In this document: piece by piece, positions 21,348-33,637 of the stretch
How the letters are laid out: each line of letters begins with the position of its first letter
How positions within the stretch are numbered: position 1 is the stretch's first letter
DNA from: an uncultured bacterium
GTDB lineage: Bacteria; Margulisbacteria; WOR-1; CAVSGV01
Direction: 5' to 3'
NCBI GenBank assembly: GCA_963768305.1
Contig: CAVYHE010000009.1
Location: 32,001-96,000, forward strand
DNA length: 64,000 nt
Program-made: the position numbers and the translations under genes
Notes under the pieces: generated by a model
The model's database searches: none
What the model saw: only the letters and a program-made list of their open reading frames with translations
What the model was told of the DNA's origin: nothing

Positions 21348-23506
21348 TTATTCTATTGTAAGCTTAATATCGTTGACCCATTTCCCGCCCGGCTTGATAA
21401 TGATCTCCTTATTTGGAAGTATGAGGGAGCTCTGGTATGTCCTCTCATACCCCTCCTCCGACTGGGAAACGGTTTCGATAGGAAATCTCCAAAGCCTGTC
21501 GAGCCCGGCGGATTCCAATGATACACTAAATCCCTTCCATCCGTCAATTATATTAAGAGCGGAGCAGTTTTCAATTTCTCCGATGCTCGCCATTTTGACA
21601 TCGCTGACGTTCTTTCCCGGAAAGACAAAATATCTGTCAGGAGCGCTGCCCGCCAGCATCGAGAAGTTAAATTCGACCCCGAACACAACATCCAGGACTT
21701 CCTGTGATTGATTAACGATCTCATATTTAACATTGATCAGCGACTGGCCCTTCATAATGGATATGATCTTCAAGATCTCTATCGGCAGGACCCGCTTGCC
21801 GATAAACACGTTCCCTTTTCTTTTCAGTTTCAGTTCGACTTCGCTCCCTGATTTTTTCACCATAGCGGAATAGGGCTCCGTCACAAAATCGCCGATCTCC
21901 CTGTATCTCACTTTCATGAATTCATCCAATCTTGTATCGGACGGCATGAAATGGTCCTGGAAGCTGAGCCGCCTGTGCCAGTCATAATTAAGATGCTCTT
22001 CCAGCCCCGGTTCCTTGGCTCTTTCCAGATCATGGATGCTGGGAACGCCGACATTCACTGTCTTTTCGGCTCCGGCCCGGATCTTCTTATGATATATTTC
22101 TTCTCTTCTCGCCAGGCCGTTCAATAGATTGAAAGATTTCGGCCTGTAATCCAGCTCAAAAAGGCATCCGCCGTACGAGGGGCAAAAGTAGCAGTTCATA
22201 AGGTCGCTGCTGACAAGTATCTCGTCGCTGCCGTCCCTGTCAAGATCGAAAGATCTGACCTCGATGAACTTCTGGCCGCCGTAAGAGATCTTGTCCGCTT
22301 CCACTTCTGCGGATATAAGGTTTTCATAAAGGGCGAAGCGAAGATTATTAAGATACAGCCCCCCGAAAACCCCGTGCCAGAAAGCATCGTTGCACTGCCC
22401 TTTCATCAGCGATTGTTTTGCGCTGTTTTATGCTGTTATCCCTTGATTGTGAAGACAATCCAAGCTTTTTTCCTTTGCCCAATGTTGCTATTTTTTCGCT
22501 TACATAAAGCATCTTCTTGTGGATGTTGTTGCTCTCGGGATATTTGGCGAAGAAATTCCTGAAGAACCCGCCGCGGACGAACTGCTTGTATTCATCGTAT
22601 TTTCCGAAAGACTTAAGCTCCTCCACCATCTTCTCATATTTAAATCCCGCTTTCACCGGCAGGGCCCATTCCATCATCTCCGCGTAGGACGCCGAGGGCA
22701 GATATATCCTTCCCGCAGGCCTTGTGCTCATCGATGTATTGCGAGAATGTCATTGTTCTTATGATATCCCTGTTGTCTTCAAGCGCTTTCAAAAAATTCT
22801 CAAGCCATCTGTCGTCATAGACCCACTTATGAGTTCCCGGCCAGACGCCGAATTTTTCCCCGTCATCCGCAAGTACCGCGGCGCGCGACCCGTCCTCAGT
22901 GGCGATGCCTTTAAGGTAATCGATGGTCTCCTGGGGCATCTTGAACGGGACAAAATAGCGAAGTTGCTTGCTTATGGGAAAGACATTGAGCTTGTATCCT
23001 TCTTCCTCCGTCACGTAATATCCGAAAAGATCTTTTTCATCCGCGCCCGCGGAGATGAAATGATAATCATCCACAGCGATGTATTCTATCTTCGCCAGGT
23101 TCAATTGTTTGGCAAGCTGCGGCTCCCATACGCGCTCAGCCAGCCACAGCCCCCTCGGGTCCGCGTGGAAATTCTTCTTGATGAAATCCGACTCCATTTC
23201 GATCTGAGCCTGCTTATCCTCATCGGGAATGACCGAAAGCAGAGGTTCATAAAATCCTCCGGACATTATCTCCAGCTGGCCTTTTTTCACCAGTGCTTTC
23301 AATTTCTCAATGAACTCGGGATGTTTTTCGGAGAACCATTCATATAATATGCCGCTGTAGTGCGCGGTGAAGCGTATCGTCGGGTGTTTCTCCATTGTTT
23401 CAATGAAAGGCAAATATGCATCCTGATATGCTTTTTCTATGACCTCCGGAAAATTCCCCACAGGCTGATGGCAGTGTATCCCGAATAAAAAGTTGACTGT
23501 TTTCAA
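21348..23506 (-). CDS. GH57 4-alpha-glucanotransferase/alpha-amylase (two frameshifts)
   Basis: HCHQPVGN, WLAERVWEP, DDGEKFGVWP, YLPSASYAEM, QCNDAFWHGVFGGLY, C-terminal ETVSQSEEG. Confidence 0.9.
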
Positions 23507-23507
23507 G

Positions 23508-25688
23508 CTACACGCTCCATTGCATTTCCTCGTAATCAGGCCCGGGGACGCGGATGCTGATGCTCCCTCCCCTTGGCCACCTTTCAAGCTCCTGGCCGTC
23601 TTTCTCAATAACGACCACGAACTGGACATTATCATTGACCGCGGCACCAATCTCCGAAAATGGGACCCCCATCTCGACTATTTGACCCACCCCGACTGAA
23701 TCGACGGTTTTGACGATATTCCAGCGGTCGCCGTCCAGTTTGCATATCTCCAGCACATATTTCCCTTCCTCTTTTCTGAAGGAAGCTTTGGACTTAAAAT
23801 GACCGGGATGCGTAACAAGCAGCGAATAAGAAAAATCCTTTATTCCCGGATCGCGCATGTTGACGTTCATGTCCAGCCGGACGAAAAGGTTTTCGGTGTC
23901 AAATCCGTAATATATCTCCTTTATCATGTTCTCCGACTGATGCATGGCGCCTTTCATCTTCTCAATGTCATACAATCCTGCGGCAAGCCATTCATAAAAA
24001 TTCGTTATCTCGCCGTCAAGCACGGGCTTTAAGATGTAAGCGGGTTCTCTGATCGGTTTTATGGCGGTTACATGTTTTATCGGCACGTCCAGATATTGCG
24101 GATACGGTTTTCCTATAATATTGTAAATATTCTTAAGATGCTTCCTGAAAAGAAGGTCAAAGGTTTCATCGTTGTCGGAAGAATGGTCGTCGCCGAACCA
24201 CCAGCACCAGTCACTCCCTTCCGCGATATAAAATTCCTTCCACGCTGTTTTATCCTGTGATCCCGAGCCTGTCAGCGCCATCCTCGCGCTGTTCAAATAA
24301 TCCCATGCTTTATTATCTTCTTCGTGCCCTATCCACACCCTGAAATTATGATTGATCCATGAACCGGAGAACAAATGAGGAAGCTGTTTCTCCGGCGGAT
24401 TTTCAGCGAGAAAATCGCGGACGCGGACCGTCCTGATGTCCGGATCGTTCGAGAGGCGTGTATACAGCTCGGTCAAGAAATCCCATCCGTTGTTCCTGTA
24501 ATATTCCCACGCATTCTCGCCGTCCAATATGATGCTGACAAGATAATTTTTCCCGTCATCGGGAAGCGAATCCTTTATGTTCTTCAGGTGCGTAATGAGA
24601 TCGGAGGCCGCGTCCTTGGGCCCCCATTTAGAATACATGAATCCGACAAGGTCCGAAAGATTGTGGTCCCGGAATATGATGTCCAGCTCGCAGTCATCCC
24701 TCTTAAGATGGTACGGGATGAAAAGTTCGCTTGAGGACATCGTTCTTGTCCTCACATCGCTCCTCCCCAGCGACCTGACAAGTACCTCCTCGTCGGTGGC
24801 GATCCATTTGATCCCCGCCCTGTTCACTATCGGCAGTATTTCTTCGGAAACAGACCCTTCCGACGGCCACATTCCGACCGGCGAAGAGCCGAACTGGTCC
24901 TGCATATACTTGACAGCCTCATTCACCTGATAAGCCGCATCCTCAGGATGCCTGAACCTGTTTTGCGGAAGTTTGATCGAAGGGAGCGCAACTTTCGCGG
25001 AATTCGTGTCGATCAATAACGGAAGAATGGGATGATAGTATGGCGTTACGGTTATCTCTATCTGTTTTTTCTGCTGCAGTTCTTTATATTTCGGAATGAC
25101 CATTGATATCAATTCTTTTTGTTTGTTAAGCAGAGAGGTCTTGTCCTCTTCCGTGAAGTTCTTCCCTTTTTCAAGAAGAGATCTTATGACCGGATCTTTT
25201 GTTTTGTAGATATGACCGAACCAGGTGAGATTGAACCAGACCTGAAGGTCCAGGAACTCCTGGTCCGTAAAACGCTTCGCTACGCTTTTTATATCATCCA
25301 GGGTAACGAACCTTCCGCGCTTCAGAAGCAGATCGTTGTACCTTTTATACGGGTGGACCATCGTATCCCAGTTCGCCATGAAGAAATTCTGGAGGATAAA
25401 AACTTTTTCTTCCTGCGACAGGTCGTTCGGATGCTTTGTCGTAACGGACAAATGCCTATCGATAGCCGTCCCGTTCGAATACTCGTTCATTTGCTCCAGA
25501 AGCGATGGGACCAGATTGAATGTCTGCTTGATATCCCCGAAACCGTCGAGGATGGCGACCATATCATAATAATCTTTTATGGCATGCAACCGCACCCACG
25601 GCAGGACATACTGGCCCGTGACCAGATCCTTGTAGAACGGCTGATGCATGTGCCAGACAAAAGCTATGTTAAGGGGCGGTTTAGGCAA
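23508..25688 (-). CDS. GH57 amylopullulanase-like protein
   Basis: WHMHQP, PWVRLHAIKDY, WPSEGSVS, IILDGENAWE, AEGSDWCWW. Confidence 0.92.
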   Translation of the reverse strand: MPKPPLNIAFVWHMHQPFYKDLVTGQYVLPWVRLHAIKDYYDMVAILDGFGDIKQTFNLVPSLLEQMNEYSNGTAIDRHLSVTTKHPNDLSQEEKVFILQNFFMANWDTMVHPYKRYNDLLLKRGRFVTLDDIKSVAKRFTDQEFLDLQVWFNLTWFGHIYKTKDPVIRSLLEKGKNFTEEDKTSLLNKQKELISMVIPKYKELQQKKQIEITVTPYYHPILPLLIDTNSAKVALPSIKLPQNRFRHPEDAAYQVNEAVKYMQDQFGSSPVGMWPSEGSVSEEILPIVNRAGIKWIATDEEVLVRSLGRSDVRTRTMSSSELFIPYHLKRDDCELDIIFRDHNLSDLVGFMYSKWGPKDAASDLITHLKNIKDSLPDDGKNYLVSIILDGENAWEYYRNNGWDFLTELYTRLSNDPDIRTVRVRDFLAENPPEKQLPHLFSGSWINHNFRVWIGHEEDNKAWDYLNSARMALTGSGSQDKTAWKEFYIAEGSDWCWWFGDDHSSDNDETFDLLFRKHLKNIYNIIGKPYPQYLDVPIKHVTAIKPIREPAYILKPVLDGEITNFYEWLAAGLYDIEKMKGAMHQSENMIKEIYYGFDTENLFVRLDMNVNMRDPGIKDFSYSLLVTHPGHFKSKASFRKEEGKYVLEICKLDGDRWNIVKTVDSVGVGQIVEMGVPFSEIGAAVNDNVQFVVVIEKDGQELERWPRGGSISIRVPGPDYEEMQWSV

Positions 25689-25692
25689 TTAT

Positions 25693-26869
25693 TCAGCTTT
25701 CCTTCCATGTCCCTTTTTTCGGGGTCAAAGTACCTGTTGAAGTGAATCCCGTTGGTACTGAGCCAGGAAATGCTGTTGGGTCCCAGGTGACGCTTGCGTT
25801 GCCCGAAAAGGAGGAGAAGTCATGGGCAACAATAGCTCCGGTAATGACAGGGTTGCCGCTGACAATTGACGCGCCTCCTCCGGCAAATATCAGTCCCGAT
25901 ACGTTCATATTCCCGGTCAAACTTACGGGGCCTGTTGTCAGCATGCTCCCGACCTGAACCCTTGTGTTGCCTGAAACATTGATATTGGAAGCGCTGTAAA
26001 AATTCGCGCCGGGGGCATTAGTATTTCCGCTTATCAAAACCTGCCCGTTGGAAATAAAAGTTACAGAACCGTTCGATGTTGTTGTGTTCCCTGATTGGTT
26101 TATTGTCCCCGTCGCGACGATCGTGCCGCCTCCTACAATAGTGGTATTTCCGGAAATAGTGACATTCCCTTTCACATAAATCGTTTGCCCGTTCAAGGGA
26201 TAATTGCTGTTGCCGGAAATAGTAAGGCCCGAGATCCCGTTAGTTTGAGCATAAGCGATCTGGCTGGTATAAGAAGAAGAATCAAATGTCGGCATGGACT
26301 CAGCGGCCACTACTTCAGAAGTTACGTGGGCGCCTGTAACGGTGGTGCCGGCAGGATGCTGGACATCTCCGTTTATTACTTGACAGTTACTACCAAATGT
26401 CGTGTTCCCTGACACGTAAACATCCCCGTTGATCCAGACATTTCCGGTGAAATTCTCTGCGCTGCCGGAAAACACCCCGTAGTTAAAAGCAAAAGGATAA
26501 CTCCCTCCCTTTGTTACAACTTGAGAAACCGTCCTTGTTATCCCGTTCACTTCGCCGGTCGAAATGATGAATGCCTCGTTCGCAGTTGACGGATTTACTA
26601 CCGTCAGGTAATAACCTCCGCCGCCAAAGGCCTCATAAAAGTTCGTAACCGCCCAGTCCGGGCCCTTTCCGTTGGGCAACCGCCGTTCCCAGATACCAGA
26701 TCGCCTTATGCAAGCCGGCGTCAGCAATATAGAACGCCTGCGCCTCGTTCACTCTTGAATTCGAATCGGTCAACCTTACTGCCACAAGCTGAATAAAAAT
26801 CAATATCAGCGCGCTCAATGAGACCACCACAATGAAAGTAATGAGCAGATTGCCTTTGCTTTTTTTCAT
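25693..26869 (-). CDS. PilX-like minor pilin with C-terminal beta-solenoid repeats (one frameshift near 26680)
   Basis: Prepilin-like MKKSKG|NLLITF + hydrophobic helix, QAFYIADAGL; repeated (I/V)SGN motifs. Confidence 0.65.
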
Positions 26870-26890
26870 GACCCCTCTCCTTAAATCAGA

Positions 26891-29436
26891 TCAAAACAGA
26901 TTGATCTGGTCCTGAACTTGGTCGATCGGCTTAGTTCTCTTCGCTTGAACGGATATTCTATTCTTTCTCTCTGACTTTGCAACATCGTTCTCCACCATTT
27001 CCAGTGTCCCGTAAATTTCTTTCGCACGGGACACTACCTCATCCGGAAGCCCGGCGAGCTTTGCAACCTCTATCCCGTACGACTGGTCTGCGGGCCCATC
27101 GATCATCCTGTGAAAAAATATCACCCTGTCGCCCTCTTTTTTCACGAGCGTGCTAAGGTTCTTCATCCCCTTATGCTTGTCGGCAAGCTGGGTTATCTCG
27201 TGATAATGCGTGGCAAAAAGAGTGAACGCTTTTATTTTTGTGTGGATATATTCGGCAACTGAAGCCGCGATGGACATGCCGTCAAAAGTGGATGTCCCGC
27301 GCCCTATTTCGTCCAGTATTATCAAGCTTCTCGAGGTCGCGTTGTTGATGATGTTCGCGGTCTCGGTCATCTCCACCATAAAAGTGGATTGGCCGGAAAA
27401 AATATCATCCATAGCGCCTATCCTCGTGAATACCCTGTCAATCAAGGGTAATCCGGCGGAAGCCGCCGGCACGAACGACCCTATCTGCGCCATCAGGCAG
27501 ATCATCGCTACCTGGCGCATGTAAGTGGACTTGCCCGCCATGTTCGGCCCTGTTATGAGCAAAAATCTGCTGCTTTCAAGGTCCATGTCCGTGTCATTCG
27601 GAACGAACATGTTCTCGCCCAGGGTCGCCTCCACTACGGGATGTCGCCCTTTTGATAATACTTATCCCGCACTTATCTTTAATGGCCGGCCTGACATATT
27701 TTCTTTCGGCGGCAACTGTCGCGAAAGAAAGCAGGACATCCAGTTCCGCCAGGCCTCGGCGATCAGCTGAAGTTCTTTGAACATGGACCGATATACCTGC
27801 TTGCGCACATCGATGAATATCTGATATTCCAGGTCCTGCATCTTTTCTTCGGCGTTCAATATGAGGGCTTCTCTTTCCTTGAGCGAAGGAGTAATGAACC
27901 TTTCGCAATTGACCAGCGTCTGCTTCCTGATGTAATCCTCCGGAACGGAAGCAAGATTCGCCTTTGATACTTCTATGTAATATCCAAACACAGAAGTGAA
28001 ACCTACTTTCAATGATTTGATTCCCGGTGCGCTGTCGCTCTTTTATCTCCAGCTCGGATATCCATTCCTTGTTCCCTTTTGTCATGTCTTTTAATTTATC
28101 CAGCTCTTCATTGAATCCTTTTTTTATCAGCCCGCCTTCGGTCAATGTATGCGGCGGATCAGATTCGATCGCTTTTTCGATCAGATCGATGACCTCGGCA
28201 GGTTCATCAAGATTTTTGACTTTTTCGATCTCCCCGGAACTGCATTTCTTTAAAGCTGATTTTATCCCGGCCAGATACTTAAGCGAACTTTTCAGCGCGA
28301 CAACGTCCCTGGCATTTGCCGCCTGTGAGGCGACTTTTCCTGTCAGCCTTTCGATGTCAGAAATTTCCGCAAGTGACCTTGAAAGCTCCTCTCTTAACAT
28401 CAATCTTTTGATAATTCATCCACCGCATCAAGCCGCAAATTTATTCCATCCGGATCGAGCAGCGGCCGGGATATCCATTTTTTTAAAAGCCTGCTCCCCA
28501 TGACGGTGGAAGCGCGGTCCAAGCACCCAGACAAGGCTTCCTTTTTCCGGACCTGTCCCTGACGGTAGAAAATAATTCGAGGTTCCTTCTTGTGGATGAA
28601 TCAATGTACATGAAATCCCCGGAAGAATATGTTTGAATTTTATTGATATGATCAAGTGCGCCTTTTTGCGTAGTTTTTAAATAATCGATCACCGCGACAG
28701 CGGCTCCTAAAGCGGATTTAAAGCCGGATAAGCCGAAACTATCAAGCGAGGCGATCTTGAAATGCTCTTTCAATCTTTTTGCGGCGATATCAGCATCGTA
28801 AGTATCTTTATATATCGATACTGAATATCCCGCTGACCTTAATTCATCGGCAATGTTCTTTGATCCGTCAGTGACCATATCCGGAAAAAGAATTTCGGAA
28901 GGCGAAATTCTTTTTATTTCCTCCAGAAGTTCTCCCGCGCCATCCGCGATCGAAATGGATGTCGCCTTGAACTCCCCCGTGGTCGCGTCAATGTATGCGA
29001 CGCCGGCATCATTTTTCTGGAAAGATAATGCGAGAAGAAAATTGCTGGACCTTTCGTCCAGCATCCTGCTCTCCTGCACTGTCCCGGGTGTTATCACTTT
29101 CACTACCTCGCGTTTAACTATCCCCTTTGCGTCCTTCGGGTCCTCCACTTGATCGCAGATCGCGACCTTGTAACCTTTGCTGAGAAGTTTTGCTATATAA
29201 TTATCGGCCGCGTGGTAGGGCACTCCGCACATCGGCATCCTTTTATCTCCTTCGCCCCTCCCCGTCAGCGTCAGCTCCAGTTCCTTTGAAGCGACCTTAG
29301 CGTCGTCATAGAACATCTCATAGAAATCTCCCAATCTGAAGAAAAGAATGGCATCCCGGCAACGGGATTTGATGTCTTGATACTGCCTTATCATGGGGGT
29401 ATTTGCCTCGGGAGCATTCATAACCGTAATCGTCAC
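26891..29436 (-). CDS. mutS: DNA mismatch repair protein MutS (several frameshifts)
   Basis: [51 protein letters not shown]. Confidence 0.93.
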
Positions 29437-29461
29437 CCCTTAGTTTTTTGGCGGGGATCCG

Positions 29462-31823
29462 CTATTTTCTTACCTTAACGCCCAGTTTCCCTGCAAGACG
29501 GTCTGATATCTCGGCGTGTTTCAAATTGACCTCATTATCAGTCAAAGTTTTAGCCGGATCTCGATAAGTTATCGAATACGCAAGGCTATAGAACCCTTTT
29601 TCTATCTGCCCGCCTTCATATTTATCGAACAATGTTATATCCTCTATCAGGCTGCCGCCTGCTGTTTTGATCTCATTGATTATCGAACTGTTCGTTAATC
29701 CCGTTCGGTACCATCATAGCAATGTCCCTTTTCACCGCAGGGAACGAAGGAATATCTTGATATTTTGGCGGAAGCTTTTTGATATTCAATATCTCATCAA
29801 GATCAAGCGATATGACATTGATAGGTTTGTCCGCTCCCAGGGCCGACGCGATGTTCGGGTGAACTTCGCCGAACATCCCGATCAATTTTTCGTTCTTATA
29901 TATCGCCGCCGATTTTCCCGGATGATACCCCGCGGCCGAATTTTCCCTGATATCGAATTTCACGCCGAGATAATCCAGGACATCTTCAAGGATCTTTTTG
30001 ATCTGGAAGAATTTTGAGCTGTCCTTCGCGCCGTCATATTGATAGATCCTTTTCCCAAAAAAGACCGCGCCGAGTTCGTTCTTTTCAACAATCTTCCCTG
30101 AATTTTTAAAAAAGATCTTATTGATCTCAAAAATATTCACATCGTCCATCTGGCGGTTAATATTGAACATCAGGACCTTAAGCAGACTGGAAACTATCGA
30201 TCGCCTCATCACCGAAAGTTCTTCTGAGATCGGATTCAATATCTTTATCAGATCGCCGCGCGGCGCCCCGATCTCGACTGCGTTCACCGGCAGCATTGAA
30301 TACGTGACGGCCTCGCTTAAACCAGCATCGATCAGTATCGTTTTAATCCTTTTTATCTGATCATTTGAAATACTGTTTGAACTTTTAATTTTCAAATTCG
30401 GGAGAGTAACGGGTATTTTTTCATAACCGTATATTCTGGCGATCTCTTCAATAAGATCGATCTCTCTTTCTATGTCGCCGGCCCTGAAAAGAGGCACTTC
30501 AACTATCGATCCTTTCATTTTAAATCCTAAACGGTTCAGGATCGTTTTTATCTCGCCGATCTTTATTTTCGTTCCCAGAATATCATTCACTCTTTTAACG
30601 CGCAGTTTTATTGTTTTTGGTCTTCTGTCTTTAGCTTTAATATCGATCTTGCCGGTAAGTATTTTCCCGCCCGATAGTTCGGAGATCAATCCGGCAGCCC
30701 TGTCCAGCGCCGTCCCGACCATCTTCCAATCAACGCCTCTATCAAAACGCGCCGACGCTTCCGTCCTTAATTTCAATTTTTCCTCGGCTTTGTGGATCGT
30801 CTTCGGCTCAAAGTAAGCCGACTCAAGAAGGATATCTTTTGTCGAATCTACCACTTCCGTGTTCGCCCCTCCCATCACGCCGGCTATGGCAACGGCTTTT
30901 TCCGCGTCGGCGATAACGAGGCATCCGTCGATCTCTCTTTTTTCACCGTCGATCGTGGTCATTTTTTCGCCTTTAACAGCTTTCCTGACGATTAGAGTTT
31001 TATTTTTCAGCATATTCAGGTCAAAAGCATGGAGAGGCTGCCCCATCTCTAGAAGTACATAATTCGTGATATCCACGACATTATTGACCGGGCGCATCCC
31101 GCATGCGGTCAGTCTTTCCTGCATCCATTCCGGCGACGGCTTGATCGAAACCCCTTTTATTATCCTGGCCATATAACGCGGGCACAGATCTTTATCTTTT
31201 ACAGATATTTTGACTGCCGATCCGGCGGGACCGGCGGTTTCTTTGACCTTTACGGCGGGTATGCTGATCTTTTTGTCCAGTATCGCCGAGATTTCCCTCG
31301 CGACGCCTATTATGGACAGAACATCTATCCTGTTGGGAAGTACGTCAATATCAAGGACTGCACCGCCTATGCCAAGGACTTTCCTGACGTCCTCGCCGAC
31401 AGCGGTATCCTTATCAAGTATTATTATGCCTTCCGCGCTGTCGGCAAGTCCCAGCTCGACTTTCGAACAAAGCATTCCGAATGATTCAACCCCGTGAAGC
31501 TCCCTGTTCTGGATCTTGATGCCGGACGGCAAAGTCGCGCCATGAAGAGCGACCGGGACTTTGTCACCGATTTTCAAATTTTGCGCTTTAGTGACGATCT
31601 GAAGTATCTTCATGCCGGTATCCACCTGGCAGATCAGGATATCCGGTTTAGTGGCGTGGCGCTCCATCGCTTTTATTTTTCCGACGACCACGTCGGAAAT
31701 GTTCTTCCCGTGATATTCTATTGCGCCGACCTCCAACCCGGACATTGTTATCCTATCCGCGAGTGCTTCCGGCTTCAGATCAAATTTCACAAATTCTTTC
31801 AGCCATTGCAAAGGTGCTTTCAT
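29462..31823 (-). CDS. pheT: Phenylalanine-tRNA ligase beta subunit (frameshift near 29680)
   Basis: ESFGMLCS, PNRIDVLS, NNVVDITNYV, GQPLHAFD, EIDLIEEIARIYGY, FPAVKRDIA. Confidence 0.95.
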
Positions 31824-32840
31824 TTAAAATTGCCTCAAAAATCTCATGTCGTTCTCATAGAACAATCTGATGTCAGGAATGCCGTATTTCAAAATCGCGA
31901 TCCTCTCTATTCCCATTCCGAAAGCGAACCCGCTGAACTTTTCAGCATCGTAGCCGACATTCTTAAAAACATTCGGGTTCACCATACCGGCACCTAAAAT
32001 TTCAAGCCAGCCTGTGTTCTTACAGACGCGGCATCCGACCCCGCTGCAGATTATGCATTCAACATCCACTTCTGCCGAAGGCTCCGTGAACGGGAAAAAG
32101 GACGGCCTGAACCTGATCCGCCTTTCTTTGCCGAACATTTCATGCGTGAAATAAGTGAGCGTTCCCTTCAAGTCCGCGAAAGTGATCCCTTCGTCAACGA
32201 CCAGTCCCTCAACTTGATGGAACACGGGAGAATGTGTCACATCCGCATCGCAGCGATAGACCCGCCCGGGCATGATGATCGATATGGGAGGATTCGTCTT
32301 CTCCATAACTCTTATCTGAACCGGGGAAGTATGGGTCCTCAGCACAAGGCCTTCGTCAACAAAAAAAGTCGCCTGCATGTCCATCGCCGGATGCGAGGGC
32401 GGGAAATTCAACGCCTCAAAATTATTCCAATTCGTTTCGATGTCCGGGCCTTCGGCTATGGAATAACCTGTTTTCGTGAATATCCGCTTTATGTCTTCGA
32501 GGGTCTTTGTTATCGGATGTAAATGGCCTTTGTTTATGCCTGTTCCGGGGAGGGTTATATCCAGTTTCTCTTCCTTTAATTTCCTTGAAACTTCACTGCG
32601 CGATAGAATATTTATTTTTTCATCTATCTGGAGCGTCAGTTTTCTCTTTAGGTCATTGACCAGCTTGCCCGTTTCCGGGCGGGTTTCCGCAGGGAGCGTT
32701 GGTAGAAGCTGCATTATTTCCTGGATCTCCCCTTTTCGGCCCAGATATTTCACTCTTACATCTTCCAGATCTTTCACGGAAGATGAGCATGAAATATCAG
32801 CGACGGCCGCCTGCTCTATCTTAATCAGTCTTTCCTGCAT
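31824..32840 (-). CDS. pheS: Phenylalanine-tRNA ligase alpha subunit
   Basis: GHLHPI, LRTHTSPVQ, FPFTEPS, GFAFGMGIER. Confidence 0.98.
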   Translation of the reverse strand: MQERLIKIEQAAVADISCSSSVKDLEDVRVKYLGRKGEIQEIMQLLPTLPAETRPETGKLVNDLKRKLTLQIDEKINILSRSEVSRKLKEEKLDITLPGTGINKGHLHPITKTLEDIKRIFTKTGYSIAEGPDIETNWNNFEALNFPPSHPAMDMQATFFVDEGLVLRTHTSPVQIRVMEKTNPPISIIMPGRVYRCDADVTHSPVFHQVEGLVVDEGITFADLKGTLTYFTHEMFGKERRIRFRPSFFPFTEPSAEVDVECIICSGVGCRVCKNTGWLEILGAGMVNPNVFKNVGYDAEKFSGFAFGMGIERIAILKYGIPDIRLFYENDMRFLRQF

Positions 32841-33631
32841 TCGCTCTCCTTTGCCTTACCGATTCGATATAATATCACGGCGCAAGAAATCGCCGCGTTC
32901 AGGGATTCCGCCTCGCCGATCATAGGGATGGAGACGGATTCATCGCTTACCCTTTCGATCTCCGGCGGCAACCCTTTGCTTTCGCTCCCTATCATCAGCG
33001 CCATAGGGCCGCAAAGGTCGGCCGAAAAGTATTCCTTTTCAGCCCCCGCGAACGTGGCTATCACCCTTACACCGCGCCTCTTAAGCGCCGAAACCATGTC
33101 GATTATATCATCGATCATAACTATGTTTAAATGAAAAATGGAGCCGGATGAAGCGCGGATCACTTTTTCATTGTATGGATCCACCGTGCCTGCGGTCAGA
33201 ATGACCCCGGAGCAGCCCGCCGCATCGGCGGTCCTAATGATCGTCCCCAGGTTCCCGGGATCCTGTATCCCGCATGCGGCAACTATCAGCGGATCCTGCT
33301 TTTCAAACAAACTTCCGATGTCTGAATTTTTCGGTTTTACCGAGGCGACTATCCCCTGAGGGGTTTCGACATCCGAAAGATGCTTGATGACCTTTTCGCT
33401 CGCTTCCTCGATCGGCAGATCCGAGGAAATAAGCCTGCCCAGCAGATCCTTCCCCTCGAACGTTTTGCGGATGTTCTCACTGTATATGACCCTTTCAAGA
33501 AGACCCGCCTTCAAAGCTTCGTTGACCAGATGGATGCCTTCTATGAGGAATTTGCCGGAGGCTCTCCTGTTCTTCTTCTCTTTCAGTGAAACGAAATAAT
33601 GGACCTTCGGATTTTGGGTGCTTGTGAGCAT
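32825..33631 (-). CDS. TrmH/SpoU RNA methyltransferase
   Basis: QDPGNLGTIIRTA, GSESKG, IPMIGEAESLN. Confidence 0.92.
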   Translation of the reverse strand: MLTSTQNPKVHYFVSLKEKKNRRASGKFLIEGIHLVNEALKAGLLERVIYSENIRKTFEGKDLLGRLISSDLPIEEASEKVIKHLSDVETPQGIVASVKPKNSDIGSLFEKQDPLIVAACGIQDPGNLGTIIRTADAAGCSGVILTAGTVDPYNEKVIRASSGSIFHLNIVMIDDIIDMVSALKRRGVRVIATFAGAEKEYFSADLCGPMALMIGSESKGLPPEIERVSDESVSIPMIGEAESLNAAISCAVILYRIGKAKESECRKD

Positions 33632-33637
33632 TTATGA

